From: Octopus bimaculoides
Taxonomy: Eukaryota
Assembly: GCF_001194135.2 (NCBI RefSeq)
Contig: NC_068989.1
Location: 25,413,632 to 25,477,631, forward strand
DNA: 64,000 bases
Reading direction: 5' to 3'
In this document: positions 46,976 through 61,555 of the stretch, one piece after another
How positions within the stretch are numbered: position 1 is the first letter of the stretch
Layout: each line of letters opens with the position of its first letter
Position numbers and translations under genes: made by a program
The notes under the pieces: model-generated
The model's input: only the letters and a program-made list of their open reading frames with translations
Told to the model about the DNA's origin: nothing
Databases searched by the model: none

Positions 46976-48080
46976 TGTTAAATTTAATATTAAAATAAAG
47001 GATTGAACGCATTTATGGTATCCTATAATGTCCTTACAGCGTTCATTTGCTAAAAAAAATAAATAAATAAAAAAACACGTTGCACACTAAAATGGTGGTG
47101 GTGGTGGTGGAGTTTGAAGACAACATAGTCACAAGTGCATTGCAGAAATATGTTCATAATACTCGAATATAATCATTGCTGTACGTTAACACCAATGCTA
47201 AATATTTTGTAACAATGTATACGTGAAAATGGTGTTATTTTTTCTGTCTGAAAGTTTATGACAAATTCCAGCGTACAACTGCTACTTAAGTTAAGCTTAA
47301 ATTAGCATTAAGCTAATGATCATAAGACGTAACTTTTATATCACGTTAATATTGAAATAATTTATGAGTAATATTGAATTCAATAAATCCATATTATAAT
47401 TGATAGATTGCAACTTGGTAATTCGGCCTTTTTACATTTATGGGATAACTAATTGAAGTAAAATGCATCAGAGAAATATAGTAATTTTGATCAAAATTTT
47501 AGCTGCCTTCTAATCGGAGAAACACTGGTTTCAGACGTAAATTATATTGTAGACGTTATATTTCATGAAGATAAACTTCAAGAGCCAATTAGCAACTAAT
47601 TACGTGTGAATTTAGATATGGGTTCTCGCCAAATAAACTTTAATTTCCGAATATCATACAAATTTGACGGATGAAACAGAAATGAAATACATTAATCATG
47701 AGTGTATTAAAAGTGCAGTCAGAAGAGGAAAATAAAATGAACATCGGTAAGAAAAACATTCACTGTGTGTGTCTCTCGTTACACCCGCGCCCCACACACA
47801 ATCACATGCACACACGCACGCAATCACAAACATGCAGTCACATACACACCTTGTAGTTTACTCTATAAACATGAGAAAAATATAAAATACATTCTGAGAC
47901 ACATAACTATTTAAATGAAGGTAGTATTTTGGACGGGTGCCATGCAGTGTTCTCCACCGGCATGTTTCTTCTGGCGAAAAATAGTAATGCAAAAATCGAG
48001 AGTTGAAAACTCGATAATCTATTAATATTTTGGCTAAAATGAGCAACTAGAAAACTCTAATTGCAAAACACAGAAATAAG

Positions 48081-48134
<54 letters not shown>

Positions 48135-49977
48135 CGAACACATACATATGTACATAAGGTTGTTCATTAATAGTCAAGCTGCACCTTCATTAATAGTCAA
48201 GCTGCACCTTACTGAAACCAACTGTAGTGGTTCATTACCCAATTTAGTCTAAATGTAGCTTCATCAATTCAAACAATCTTTGTGGAAAGTGTACATCATC
48301 GCAATTTGACAAGTATCCCTCGTGGGAACTTTACCACTGACAAAGCTTCAAAATGTGATGGCCACTTGATTTTGAAATTCTTATCCCACGACTCGCATGA
48401 CGGATAGATTTTCTTGAATTGCCCGAATACACATCTAGCACCCATTCTTGTTTGTTGACGTTCGAGGCGTCCCGATATGTTTTCCGTGGACATTAGTTCC
48501 ATCACTAATTCGATTGTAAGTCACGTAGGTGGATCTGTTTGAAACACCCTTTTGAACTGCTTTTGATAACAAATTACAACTTCAATTGAATTTTGAAGCG
48601 TCTAGAAGCCCTTTAGAAGAAATTTCCTTTGTTCAATGCTTAGCCTGACTCCCTTAAATATTTCTAATGAGCTGAATGTAAAAATAAAGTGTAGTATTAG
48701 CTGTTGTATGTATCCTACATATACTACATTTTTTTGTGGGGAGACACTGTATACATATAGTTAGACAAAAAGAGGATGGGAAAAATCAGGCTTTAATTAC
48801 AAAGTACATTTATTTCTGTGTCGATGTACGAGATTTAAGTTGCTGAAATTACAATCACATACCATCACATAAAGTTCTTTTCTAAATAATTACATACGTA
48901 AACAAATAATACAGTAATAGCCGTGTGCCGATAAATTATCGGGTAGGCTGCTCTTTCCAAGGTTAACATATTATACATGACTAATGGCTAACAGTTCTTT
49001 ACATCATCGTAAGTGGGGTAATGCAAATAATCATAGGTATCTAGAGCTGAGGAAAAGCTGAGAAATATTTTTATGTTCTACATCTTACGTAAGATATGTT
49101 CAGTTTAACCTGGAAACACACAGACACACACACACACAGACACACCCACACACACAGACACACACACACACACACACACACACACANNNNNNNNNNNNNN
49201 NNNNNNNNNNNNNNNNNNNNNNNNNNNNNNNNNNNNNNNNNNNNNNNNNNNNNNNNNNNNNNNNNNNNNNNNNNNNNNNNNNNNNNNNNNNNNNNNNNNN
49301 NNNNNNNNNNNNNNNNNNNNNNNNNNNNNNNNNNNNNNNNNNNNNNNNNNNNNNNNNNNNNNNNNNNNNNNNNNNNNNNNNNNNNNNNNNNNNNNNNNNN
49401 NNNNNNNNNNNNNNNNNNNNNNNNNNNNNNNNNNNNNNNNNNNNNNNNNNNNNNNNNNNNNNNNNNNNNNNNNNNNNNNNNNNNNNNNNNNNNNNNNNNN
49501 NNNNNNNNNNNNNNNNNNNNNNNNNNNNNNNNNNNNNNNNNNNNNNNNNNNNNNNNNNNNNNNNNNNNNNNNNNNNNNNNNNNNNNNNNNNNNNNNNNNN
49601 NNNNNNNNNNNNNNNNNNNNNNNNNNNNNNNNNNNNNNNNNNNNNNNNNNNNNNNNNNNNNNNNNNNNNNNNNNNNNNNNNNNNNNNNNNNNNNNNNNNN
49701 NNNNNNNNNNNNNNNNNNNNNNNNNNNNNNNNNNNNNNNNNNNNNNNNNNNNNNNNNNNNNNNNNNNNNNNNNNNNNNNNNNNNNNNNNNNNNNNNNNNN
49801 NNNNNNNNNNNNNNNNNNNNNNNNNNNNNNNNNNNNNNNNNNNNNNNNNNNNNNNNNNNNNNNNNNNNNNNNNNNNNNNNNNNNNNNNNNNNNNNNNNNN
49901 NNNNNNNNNNNNNNNNNNNNNNNNNNNNNNNNNNNNNNNNNNNNNNNNNNNNNNNNNNNATATATATATATATATAT

Positions 49978-50135
49978 ACGACGGGCTTCTTTCAGTTTAC
50001 CTCTACCAAATACACTCACAAGGCTTTGGTCTGCCCGAGGCTATAGTAGAAGACACTTGCCCAAGGTGCCACGCAGTGGGAATGAACCCGGAACCATGTG
50101 GTTTGTAAGCAAGCTACTTACCACACAGCCACTCC
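49978..50135 (-). mobile_element. SINE-A 5' half (3' half lost in gap)
   Basis: Close reverse-complement match to 7160-7318. Confidence 0.9.
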
Positions 50136-50699
50136 TATATATATACATATATTTGTTTTTTATATTTAAAAAAAAATTTTTTGAAGATGTCACCATCCTT
50201 AAACTCATTCCAATAAAACGGTAAAAGGTAAAAAAAAAATGAATGATGACTAGGAAGGTTGATAACCCTTCTCTCTCTCTTACCCTCTACCCATCTGTCT
50301 ATCTGTCTGACTATCTATCTATCTAGCTAGCTAGCTACCTACTTATATTTCTATCTATCCACCCCCATTGTCTCGGAACCTCATCCCCTTCACCAAATGT
50401 TCTCTTCTAAACAAACCCCACCCCAAACATCTGTTTTATGTAAATGAACAAGCTGTTTGTACATTCACAAATTGTATTTGACAAGCTCTAGAGAGGAACG
50501 AAAGCGCTAATAATAATGAAGAAATAAAAGAATTTTTTTTTCCAAATTCTGACAACTTTTTTTTCAATTTTCAATTCTGTACATCACTCCTAACACTGTG
50601 TACATGTCTCATTGGATGTACAAGAAGCCGGAATGAATGGAACATAATCAAACTCGCAGCCGAGAAACATCAAAAATAGAGAAGAACTTCTCACAGAAA

Positions 50700-52810
50700 T
50701 ATCTAATAAGTTAAATTTACTTTTTTCAAGACTGGATGCAATCTGCACGAATGCAGATAGAACTGTAACTGATACCCATACAGATGGTGCTTAAACAATA
50801 GAGACAAACAACAAGAAAGTAGTAAGAACAAACTCACCTGAAACCACATATCTGGAACTACAACAACATAATACCTTGAAATCATATCTCTGGAAGAAAC
50901 TCCTGAATAAAAAAAAACATGCGTATTGGAAGAGCATTCGATGCAACAATATAACAAAAACCTATCAGAATTGGCGAAGTAAAGAAAGCCCAATCCTGCC
51001 CAGAAAATCTCTTATTAGAGAAATGAGAAATGAATTACTGGAAGAGAAAAGGATACGTGCGAATTTAGCTCTATGTCGATTGGAAACAGAAATTGCTCTT
51101 TTACAATCGCTAAAAAGAAGACATAAAGAAAAAAGTTAAAAATATTGACGCAATTATGTTTGCTGAAATTACTGAGTGGAACGACAATCAATGTCATGAA
51201 AAACTTCAAAAACTATGGAAAGAAGACACTAGGCGGGAACAAGAAAAATCCATAAAGATGTGGGGAAAAAATAACAAGAGTAGCTCACTAACTATGAAAA
51301 AATAAAAAACTATGGAGACAAATCCATTATGAAAACGAAACCACAACAACAAAGAAATACGAGGAAATCTCAAACAAACATAGACAGATGAACCAAATTG
51401 AAGTATCGAATCTCTAATTACCCAAGAACATACTCGGAAATGGCCTCCATCTCATCCGAAATACAGACTAGAAACCCGTATTCTACAATACATAAAACTG
51501 CAAATAGCCAACAAGTGAAATATAGAAGACAACCCTCAACCCATAAGTCCAAACACCATACATGGTTAAATGAAAAGGAAAAAAGACATGAAAGACAAAT
51601 AACACAGACAACCACCAACCCGTAATAACAGATGGATGAATGCATGGGAAAAAACCCCAAATAAAATACAGACAGCACAGGTACTATAATAGGAATAATC
51701 ATCATTAGCATAACTGAAGCAACCCACGATTTACGACCAAAAATTCCATATATCCTGAATGGCGAAAAAAGCATGGAAGATAGGAAGAAAGCAAAACTTA
51801 TAACCAACGGAATTCGTATAAAAGACATGAACCATCCTCTCACCTACATGGAAACCAGAACGCCGAGATCAGAAAATGGAGACGTGGTAACACTATTCCT
51901 TTTTGGGGAAGAAAATACCAAAACCACGCACCGGACCCGATAATACACAAAATTTAATTAAACATACACAACGTATGAACCCGAAGATCATAAATTTGTC
52001 AAATAGGAACCTCAACAAGAATGAGATGAACCTCCTATTAAGAAGTTTCAAGTTTACCCCGATACCCACACCTAATCTCATTGAACTGAAATCTGATATT
52101 GAACACTTCAACCGTCACCTCCGACTTATAGAATTCTTCATCAATAAATATTTAAATGATGAATCAATAGTCAGAAATAAATCCCACTTCACCCCTTACA
52201 AGGGAAAGGACAAATGTTTAGACGCGTATATGGACACGATTTCAAAATTTCCTCTAAAAACCAACAGATGCCAACAAAGCCTTCGTAAAGAAGAAAAGGA
52301 AGCCTTACAAACACTGAAGAATGACATTTCAATCATCTTAAGAGAAGCCGATAAGGGAGGGGCCATAGTAATCATGGACAAGGACTATTATAAAGATAAA
52401 ATATTGGAAATGTTAACAAACCAAACCTACTACAAGGAAGAACCAAGACACTCACAAAAAAAAAAAAACAATAATGAATACAATCAGAAGACTAATCAAT
52501 GAATTCGAAGATTCCTTCACAGACAAGGAGAAAGACTATATATGCAACTCTGTAATCAAAGAGAGAAATTCCTACGGATTACTCAAAATCCACAAGTGCT
52601 CCGAAATCCAAAGTGCCATAACTAGGCAGAACAACCAGTACGTAAAAGTACTAAGGCCTGCTGACCTCAAACTAAGACGAATAGTTGCTGGATCTCAAGG
52701 GCCAACACAACAAGTAATTCATTTTTTAGATATACTCCTAAAACCTTTGTGCCCTTGTTATGAACGGAATGACATAGATTTCATCCAGCACATACCTCCT
52801 ACTGCTTGGA
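50700..52810 (+). mobile_element. Penelope-like element, N-terminal/RT-proximal pseudogene
   Basis: KIINLSNRNLNKNEMNLLLRSFKFTP…LKSDIEHFNRHLRLIEFF…EKEALQTLKNDISIILREADKGGAIVIMDKDYY (51903-52460), then YGLLKIHK…LRRIVAG…HFLDILLKPL…NDIDFIQHI. The ADKG motif is diagnostic. Truncated at a (TA)n tract; the left boundary is approximate. Confidence 0.85.
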
Positions 52811-52984
52811 TTTTAACGCTATATATATAATAAGTATATGTTTGTATATGTATGTATGTGTATATATAAACATATATATATATATGTTATGCGTTAACAA
52901 TCACAGAATTTACATAAACATAAACACCTTTAATTTAGTTAGTCTAAAATGTTAACGAACTCTTTAATTTCCAGTCATCCTATT

Positions 52985-53032
52985 CTTTCACCGTTTCAGC
53001 CATTTGAGTGCGGCCATACTGGAGTGCCACCT
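52985..53032 (-). mobile_element. SINE-A 3' end fragment
   Basis: gtttcagccatttgagtgcggccatactggag is the reverse complement of the SINE-A tail (cf. 7503-7533). Confidence 0.6.
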
Positions 53033-55039
53033 ATATGAAAATCTAAATCTTCTTGACTGGTAAATGTTAATAGAATTTAATTCGGTTTTCTCTACTCGGT
53101 TTATATGCGATTATTGTCGAAGTTTATGCAGTCAATCGTGCAACACGAAGAGTGCTAAGTAGAATAATGCACGTCACGAAGGTTAGGGAAATAAAACGCT
53201 TGCATCAGATATTAAACCATGATATACGGGCTTCCACTAAATGCTTCCTTTCACCGAGCTACTTCTTCTGTAAAAATAATTCCTTTGATAGCAGTAATAG
53301 GGGAAAAATGCCCTCTCGTTACTGACAATGGAAATTAGGGTTAATATTCCTCCTAATTAAAGGTACGTTTCAGTTCGGAAATATTTTTACTATTCACATG
53401 ACACGTGCAGTAATCGCATATTGTGTTCTGGAATATACATCAAAAGGCATTTAGCGAAATGCGGATCCTTTCTAATGTACAAAGTAAACGTAACTATACA
53501 TAAAAATCGTATATACCCCACCCAGCTGTTTTCAGTCTACAAAACGCGATTATACCCAATTTCGTGAAATTATACTTCGAAAGATACTGAATTAAAGTAA
53601 TTACATATGAATAAAGTATTATTCACTTAGAAAATGTTATATTCAAAATGTTCTTATGAAATTTATTTTATTTACTTTAAAATATAATTTATGGTGAAGT
53701 AAGAAACAACTTTGTTTTTGAATGAGACCTAATTACAGGCAGTTAGTAAATCGATGCTTTTGTATTCCATTCACAACAAATAACGGTCGTACTTAATTTA
53801 GCAGGATTCGAAACGTTCTAAGTGAATAAATCATATTATAAAGAAATTCCTTTTCGATTTATTTCAAACGATATGCATTATAGAGCCTAAATGGAAGACA
53901 TTTTTTTGTAAAAGTATCAATTAAATAATTCTATATTTTCCAGTGTTTTATCATTATGTTTATTTCTATTGGTAATTTTAAGTAAATTCTATAACATGAA
54001 CGAAGGTTAAAAATCATGTAGCGCTGACATCTTTAAATTTTCTTTTTTGCTTTTGGTTTCGTATAACTAACTATCATAATAATTCACGTCGGATTTAACC
54101 TAATGAAATGCTTTCGTTCCACCTACACAACATTATCTATTATATCATGGCTATGGGTTTTCCCTCGAACAAAGGCTTCTAATTTTCAACAACTTAATCT
54201 TAGAGCTCATTTATTTTAGCATTGGAATCGTACTTTTATTGACTAGAGTTTTGGTTCACTGTACTTCTTTTCTTAAAAATTTCATGTGAACCAGAAAATG
54301 CAATCCCAAAATGAAATATAACTTACAATCTTATGCGCATTAGTGATGAAGAAGATGCCTCCAAGTAAAAGTTTTATGAATGTCGAAATTGCATGACAAT
54401 TCAGCAATAAAACTCGATAGGAATTTAATAATTAATAAACAATATTATGATTTAATTATCCTCAAGAAATACTGTATAAATTAACTTCTGTCTTTTCAAG
54501 AGATTATTTTGAATGAGGTAAAGGCACTGGAGCATATCCAAAATTGGAAAGGTTGAATAATCAGCTGCATGCCATAGGTCAAGATGTAAACTAAAAGTTA
54601 GTTCTGCCCAAGGCAATTCAAGACACTAGACTGAATTCATTTAAATATACTATTAAAGCACTTATGACGCGTATAGGATCCCTAAAAATATATTCTACTT
54701 TCGCTTGGAAGAGTTTCGAAACATCTTGTTGCTATTCTGAATAAATTACTTAAGAATACTGCCTTTTGAACTCCTGTTAATACAAAAGTGGCTTCTACAT
54801 TCCTTGTAAATATACATAAATATTCATATATATATTCGCATATAAACACACACATATATGTATATGCATATACATATATATGATATACGTGTGTGTATGT
54901 GTGTGTTTGTGTGTGTGCATAGATCTATTGATAGATAAATAGATAAATGACATGTTATCTAATTGTTGGATGTAGTTAAATAAGTTCGTTTAAAACTGGT
55001 TGCTTTATTGATATCTGCCCGGATTTTTAATCCCTTTTA

Positions 55040-55228
55040 CTTATATTCTTTATTCTTTTAATTGTTTCAGCCATTGGACTGCGGCCATGCTGGAGCACCG
55101 CCTTTAGTCAAGGAAATCGACCCCAAAACGTATTCTTTGTAAGCCTAGTACTTATTCTGTCGGTGACGTAAACACACCAGCAGCGGTTGTCAAGTGATGT
55201 TGGGGAGACAAACACAGACGCACGCACG

Positions 55229-55270
<42 letters not shown>

Positions 55271-56038
55271 NNNNNNNNNNNNNNNNNNNNNNNNNNNNNN
55301 NNNNNNNNNNNNNNNNNNNNNNNNNNNNNNNNNNNNNNNNNNNNNNNNNNNNNNNNNNNNNNNNNNNNNNNNNNNNNNNNNNNNNNNNNNNNNNNNNNNN
55401 NNNNNNNNNNNNNNNNNNNNNNNNNNNNNNNNNNNNNNNNNNNNNNNNNNNNNNNNNNNNNNNNNNNNNNNNNNNNNNNNNNNNNNNNNNNNNNNNNNNN
55501 NNNNNNNNNNNNNNNNNNNNNNNNNNNNNNNNNNNNNNNNNNNNNNNNNNNNNNNNNNNNNNNNNNNNNNNNNNNNNNNNNNNNNNNNNNNNNNNNNNNN
55601 NNNNNNNNNNNNNNNNNNNNNNNNNNNNNNNNNNNNNNNNNNNNNNNNNNNNNNNNNNNNNNNNNNNNNNNNNNNNNNNNNNNNNNNNNNNNNNNNNNNN
55701 NNNNNNNNNNNNNNNNNNNNNNNNNNNNNNNNNNNNNNNNNNNNNNNNNNNNNNNNNNNNNNNNNNNNNNNNNNNNNNNNNNNNNNNNNNNNNNNNNNNN
55801 NNNNNNNNNNNNNNNNNNNNNNNNNNNNNNNNNNNNNNNNNNNNNNNNNNNNNCATATATATACATATATATATATATGGGGCTACTTTCAGTTTCCGTC
55901 TACCGAATCCACTCACAAGGATTTGGTCGGCCCGAGGCTATAGTAGAAGACACTTGCCCAAGGTGCCACGCAATGGGATTGAACCCGGAACCATGTTGTT
56001 TGTAAGCAAGCTACTCATAATACAGTCACTACTGCGCC
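55040..56038 (-). mobile_element. SINE-A copy spanning an assembly gap
   Basis: 3' module at 55040-55270 and head at 55875-56038, both reverse-complement matches to 7155-7557. Confidence 0.9.
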
Positions 56039-57705
56039 ACTCTTGCGCTTATATATATTCTATCTCCCTCTCTTGTTCTTCGTCCTTTCTGTTTTTCTCT
56101 CCCACCCTTTCTCTAATTATTCTCCTCTCCCCTTCACCGTTCCCTCTCTCTCCTTCACTCTTCCTCACTGACTCTCTCGTTGCTCACAGGTGACCAATGG
56201 CTATCTATCTTTCTTTCTTCCACTTCCTGCCTAAAGACAAGACGTTTCTCCCGCGTTCACCTCTTCGCCTCGTTACGGCTTAACAGCTCTTACAGTTTGT
56301 TTTTACTATTTTGTTCTCACTGTCCTGTATTTGTCACTACTTTAACCCTCCACAAATACCTCCATTTCTATTTTAATTTGCTTTGCGCGAAGGACTGTTT
56401 TAACGAAGTCGCGCCTTGTCACTACATTCGAAACACGGAGTAGATAAAGCAGGGGACAACTGATGAATGGAATATTCTTTATGTTGCCTGTCTCGTTTCT
56501 CTGTTTGTTTCTTTCGTTGTTTGNNNNNNNNNNNNNNNNNNNNNNNNNNNNNNNNNNNNNNNNNNNNNNNNNNNNNNNNNNNNNNNNNNNNNNNNNNNNN
56601 NNNNNNNNNNNNNNNNNNNNNNNNNNNNNNNNNNNNNNNNNNNNNNNNNNNNNNNNNNNNNNNNNNNNNNNNNNNNNNNNNNNNNNNNNNNNNNNNNNNN
56701 NNNNNNNNNNNNNNNNNNNNNNNNNNNNNNNNNNNNNNNNNNNNNNNNNNNNNNNNNNNNNNNNNNNNNNNNNNNNNNNNNNNNNNNNNNNNNNNNNNNN
56801 NNNNNNNNNNNNNNNNNNNNNNNNNNNNNNNNNNNNNNNNNNNNNNNNNNNNNNNNNNNNNNNNNNNNNNNNNNNNNNNNNNNNNNNNNNNNNNNNNNNN
56901 NNNNNNNNNNNNNNNNNNNNNNNNNNNNNNNNNNNNNNNNNNNNNNNNNNNNNNNNNNNNNNNNNNNNNNNNNNNNNNNNNNNNNNNNNNNNNNNNNNNN
57001 NNNNNNNNNNNNNNNNNNNNNNNNNNNNNNNNNNNNNNNNNNNNNNNNNNNNNNNNNNNNNNNNNNNNNNNNNNNNNNNNNNNNNNNNNNNNNNNNNNNN
57101 NNNNNNNNNNNNNNNNNNNNNNNNNNNNNNNNNNNNNNNNNNNNNNNNNNNNNNNNNNNNNNNNNNNNNNNNNNNNNNNNNNNNNNNNNNNNNNNNNNNN
57201 NNNNNNNNNNNNNNNNNNNNNNNNNNNNNNNNNNNNNNNNNNNNNNNNNNNNNNNNNNNNATATATATGTATGCATATATATATATATAAAATAATAATA
57301 ATAATAATAATAAATCATATATATATATATATATATAACGTATGTAGCGCCGTTGCTGTTGTTTGCTGTTATATCCTGATCAGTCGGTCCAATACTAATT
57401 CAGTCCCTAATTTGACATTTTTTTTTAGTTAAAGCTATAAGTTTCAAATTGCCAAGAGCTGTCTCTCTTCGATATTTCCCATTGAGTGAGGGTACAGTGC
57501 CAGAAACTGCTGCCTGGGAATCAGTTAGGGAGAAATATTGGGCAGATATGTTGTTTTTACACCTTTTACCATAAGAGGGGCTCTTTTTGTGCACAATAAG
57601 TGCGGTGAATTTTTCTTTAGACGTTAAAATATGTGGAAAACATATTTTAACAAATCTAAAGTTTGCTTATTCCTAGTCACTTCTTGGCGCTGATGCAGTT
57701 ATATA

Positions 57706-57742
<37 letters not shown>

Positions 57743-60052
57743 ATATGAATATATGTGCTTGTATGTATATAAATGCTAAATATATGAAAGCATACACAAA
57801 CACATACATATACACATGCAGTCGAAAGTGCTGAAACATATTTCGGTTTATTAATTCATACGCGTTCCTTGTGTATCCTTCGTTTGCGCAAGACAGATAT
57901 ATTTACTTGACCAAATTCTTGTTTTTCTTTTTTTTTATCACATTTAGGATAAAGAAAGCAGTTGCCAGTTGCACGTTTAAACTAACACATTTACATATTT
58001 AAATGCATTTCAGACATATCCATCAAACTGTCTAAGCTGCATGACAAGTATTAGGGGTATTATCTTCATTTAGATGTCCAATTTTATTTTCGGTGTTATG
58101 ATTGCAGACAATGTGGAAAAATCTGCGAGTGAGGTAGATTATGTTGATAGATATAGTTATTTCAGGTGTATGCAATAAAACAGAGAAATATACCTGTATA
58201 CATACATCCAAACACATATGTGTGTATGTGGGTACGTGCGCGCGCGTTTGTATGCCTGTGTGTTAAGCCTCAGCTGGTATTCCGTCTACACAATTATCGG
58301 GCAAATGTCGACTACCATACTTTGGAATCGACCAAAGATGCGTAAATGAGATTCTAAACAGAAACTGAATGAACGTCCGTCGAAAAACTGTTCAAATGAA
58401 TTAACAACTTAGTTTTTGATAGTGGATATATGATAAAGGGTCATGTATAAATTCAGCAATTAAGATTCAGCAGCTTTGATGCTCTTGATGTTTTTGTAGG
58501 ACGAATAAATAATTCTCATTGGAACAAATATTTAGCTGTAAGCGTATAGTAAAAGCTGGAGCTGTCAGCCTTTGAACATACAATTGCAATCTTATTATTC
58601 ATCAAGTGCCATAAAAATTTTAAATTGAATAAGCCAAGATCAGTATATTATCAGAGGTTGTGAAAACGCCCTATACCGTAACGAAATCGACGTTAAGATG
58701 CAAGAAATGATCATAGTAGAACATTACAATATGCATATTGAAATGAGTCGGCGAAATGAAACCCAACAAATTTATTATGGATGTAGAATCTTGAGCAGCA
58801 AGTGGACATATGATTGTGATTGAAATACGTTATGCATCCAATATCGTCTCGGCTGCACGGAATATTTTTACTCGTAGAAAACAGAAAAAACAATACAAAT
58901 GTTGAATAATTTATGCATCTGTTACATGAAACTAATAATGTAGGATTTTTTTCTACTGAAGAATGTTTCCTAAAAAGGATTACGTGGCTTAGCTAGTATA
59001 AATAACGTCTAAACATCGAAGAGATATACGCCTTAAAAGCAATTGTTTAAAGCGTTACGCCATCAACACAGCTCAATGAGACGCAGTTGACTGGTGATCA
59101 AAGTATGTTCAGTATTGTCTTTGAAGAGGTAGTATAGAGGAAATTACAATATGCAGAGGTTGAAATGAAACCATCCTATCTGTAGTGGGCCTTGAAAGTA
59201 AGCTGCTTGCATCAGTGAGAACTTAGAGCTAATACACCAACAGCACAGTATTTAATCGATCAATTGGCAAGCTAGGAATGTCAACTAAATCAATCACAAA
59301 ACATTCCGCACTGTTTTAAAATAAAGGCGTTGGATAATGTAGTTTTGGGTAACACTATGCATGCAAGAAGATGGATAGTCATGGTCGGAATGATTTGATC
59401 GTAAATCTGATCAACCAAGCTAGACCTGGGAATAATCAACAACAACAGCTTATATGTACATTATATAAAAATTTGAATTATGTCGACCCGCTGACTTCCA
59501 ATCGGATAACATCCTCCTCTTTCTTTTCCTTCACCTCCTCATATATTCCAGATGAAGTACCATGAAACTACTTGTGTAACTACTTGTAGATACAGAAGGC
59601 ATCTTATGATATATTTTCTTATGAGTTATAGCAGCCAAACATGGTAAGAAACGTATAGGGGTGACTAAACTTGGAATTAAAATGTGCAGTAAGGCATGTG
59701 ATGAAGTGCAATATGTTGTATAAATACAATTATCATTAAATTTACATAGTTTATTGGTTTCAAATTTTACTTGTGACATGTTAGCAATAGGTTACGAAAG
59801 CAATAAACTAAATTAACATATAAGCTTATCTCTCTCACTCTCTCTCACTCTAAATACACACATACACACACACGCACACATACACATACTGCCCATATAA
59901 CCTTAGCTACTCTTGCTTCCTAAATCGCGCGCCCGTAATCGCTGAAGTACCCCTCATGCTAGTGCAGATGTTTTAAAATAATTAGTTTCAGCTCCAAACA
60001 TTACCATTTAGGCCAGATTGACGCTGTTTGTGTATGTAAAGGCACATCATAG

Positions 60053-60053
<1 letters not shown>

Positions 60054-60135
<82 letters not shown>

Positions 60136-60150
60136 CATACACACACACAC
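60054..60150. repeat. (CA)n microsatellite
   Basis: Read directly. Confidence 0.95.
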
Positions 60151-60799
60151 ACGCGCACAGACACGCGCAAACAAACATGCGTACACATTCATAGAACTAT
60201 ATATATGTATGCATATATACATGCGTATACACATACATATATACGTATATAAAAACATATTAGGAGGGAATATTTACACACACCCATAGTTCTACATACG
60301 TGAGCGAGTGCCTGTATGTAATTATACCAAATGAAACTTGTAAACGTTGTCATGAAAACTGAACCCAATTAACCTATTAAATTATCTATTTTTCAGAATG
60401 TAATTAAATGTGACTGAATTGAAAGGCTTGCACAAATCTTTCTAATTGAACTTCAGAAGAGACTCTAATTAAAATGTCCCGAAGAAAACGAAATGAAAGC
60501 TTGAATGCATGTGTCGCATACGTGTTGGGAAGCTAGCAGGGATTCCTCTGCAGTTAGTGACTTTTAATTTTCTATCAATATTGAAACTGAGCTCTAACAA
60601 CCAACTTGTATAGGTTTTCATTGGTTATAGCCATCACAACTTGCAAATAGTTACAGCAATACATATACCAATTTCTGTGAGTGTAGTAGTATATATGTCG
60701 GTATGTATGCATGCATGTCTGCAAATAGCTATGACTAATTGTCTAGCTGTCTGTCTGTCAATAATTTTGTATATGTATGTATGTATGTATGTATGTATG

Positions 60800-61111
60800 C
60801 ATGTGGAGTGGAGTGAAAGCATTTGAAGAGGCCAGGATGATGCAAGCAGGGCTCAAGAGACATTTAAGGAAAAATGTAAAGACTGAGAAGGTGAATGACA
60901 AGGACCTTTTTGTGTGCACAGTCTGTGACAGACCATGTCTGTCCTTGGCTGGCCTCAAATCTCAGCTGCGAACCCATGGAAAACAAACCTCATCCAGCTA
61001 TTCTGATTATATGTCTGTGCACACGTTTGAATGTGGTGTGTGCCAGAGGGTTTGCAAATCCAATGGGGGTCTTAAAAGACATGTTAGGATCCGCAATGAG
61101 CAGAACTTACT
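60800..61111 (+). mobile_element. RTE-clade LINE ORF2 C-terminal fragment with two C2H2-like fingers
   Basis: WSGVKAFEEARMMQAGLKRHLRK…FVCTVCDRPCLSLAGLKSQLRTH…FECGVCQRVCKSNGGLKRHVR. Truncated by a gap. Confidence 0.65.
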
Positions 61112-61516
61112 NNNNNNNNNNNNNNNNNNNNNNNNNNNNNNNNNNNNNNNNNNNNNNNNNNNNNNNNNNNNNNNNNNNNNNNNNNNNNNNNNNNNNNNNN
61201 NNNNNNNNNNNNNNNNNNNNNNNNNNNNNNNNNNNNNNNNNNNNNNNNNNNNNNNNNNNNNNNNNNNNNNNNNNNNNNNNNNNNNNNNNNNNNNNNNNNN
61301 NNNNNNNNNNNNNNNNNNNNNNNNNNNNNNNNNNNNNNNNNNNNNNNNNNNNNNNNNNNNNNNNNNNNNNNNNNNNNNNNNNNNNNNNNNNNNNNNNNNN
61401 NNNNNNNNNNNNNNNNNNNNNNNNNNNNNNNNNNNNNNNNNNNNNNNNNNNNNNNNNNNNNNNNNNNNNNNNNNNTATATGTGTGTGTGGATATGTATAC
61501 AAAATGCTACTGTGGA

Positions 61517-61555
<39 letters not shown>

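Noticed and set aside
48163-48210. 23-bp perfect tandem duplication
   Set aside because: Isolated slippage-type duplication with no further structure.
48296-48505. 69-aa minus-strand ORF (MMELMSTENISGRLERQ…)
   Set aside because: No recognisable family and no consistent splice signals or neighbouring exons; a tBLASTN/RNA-seq check would be needed.
56040-56523. CT-rich block with ctgatga at 56459, a possible PLE terminal repeat or hammerhead (loosely similar to 830-1260)
   Set aside because: No stem II/GAAA can be folded before the gap; similarity is too weak to call.
58711-58893. 60-aa Cys/His-rich ORF suggesting a host exon
   Set aside because: Length expected by chance in 64 kb; no motif or splice support.
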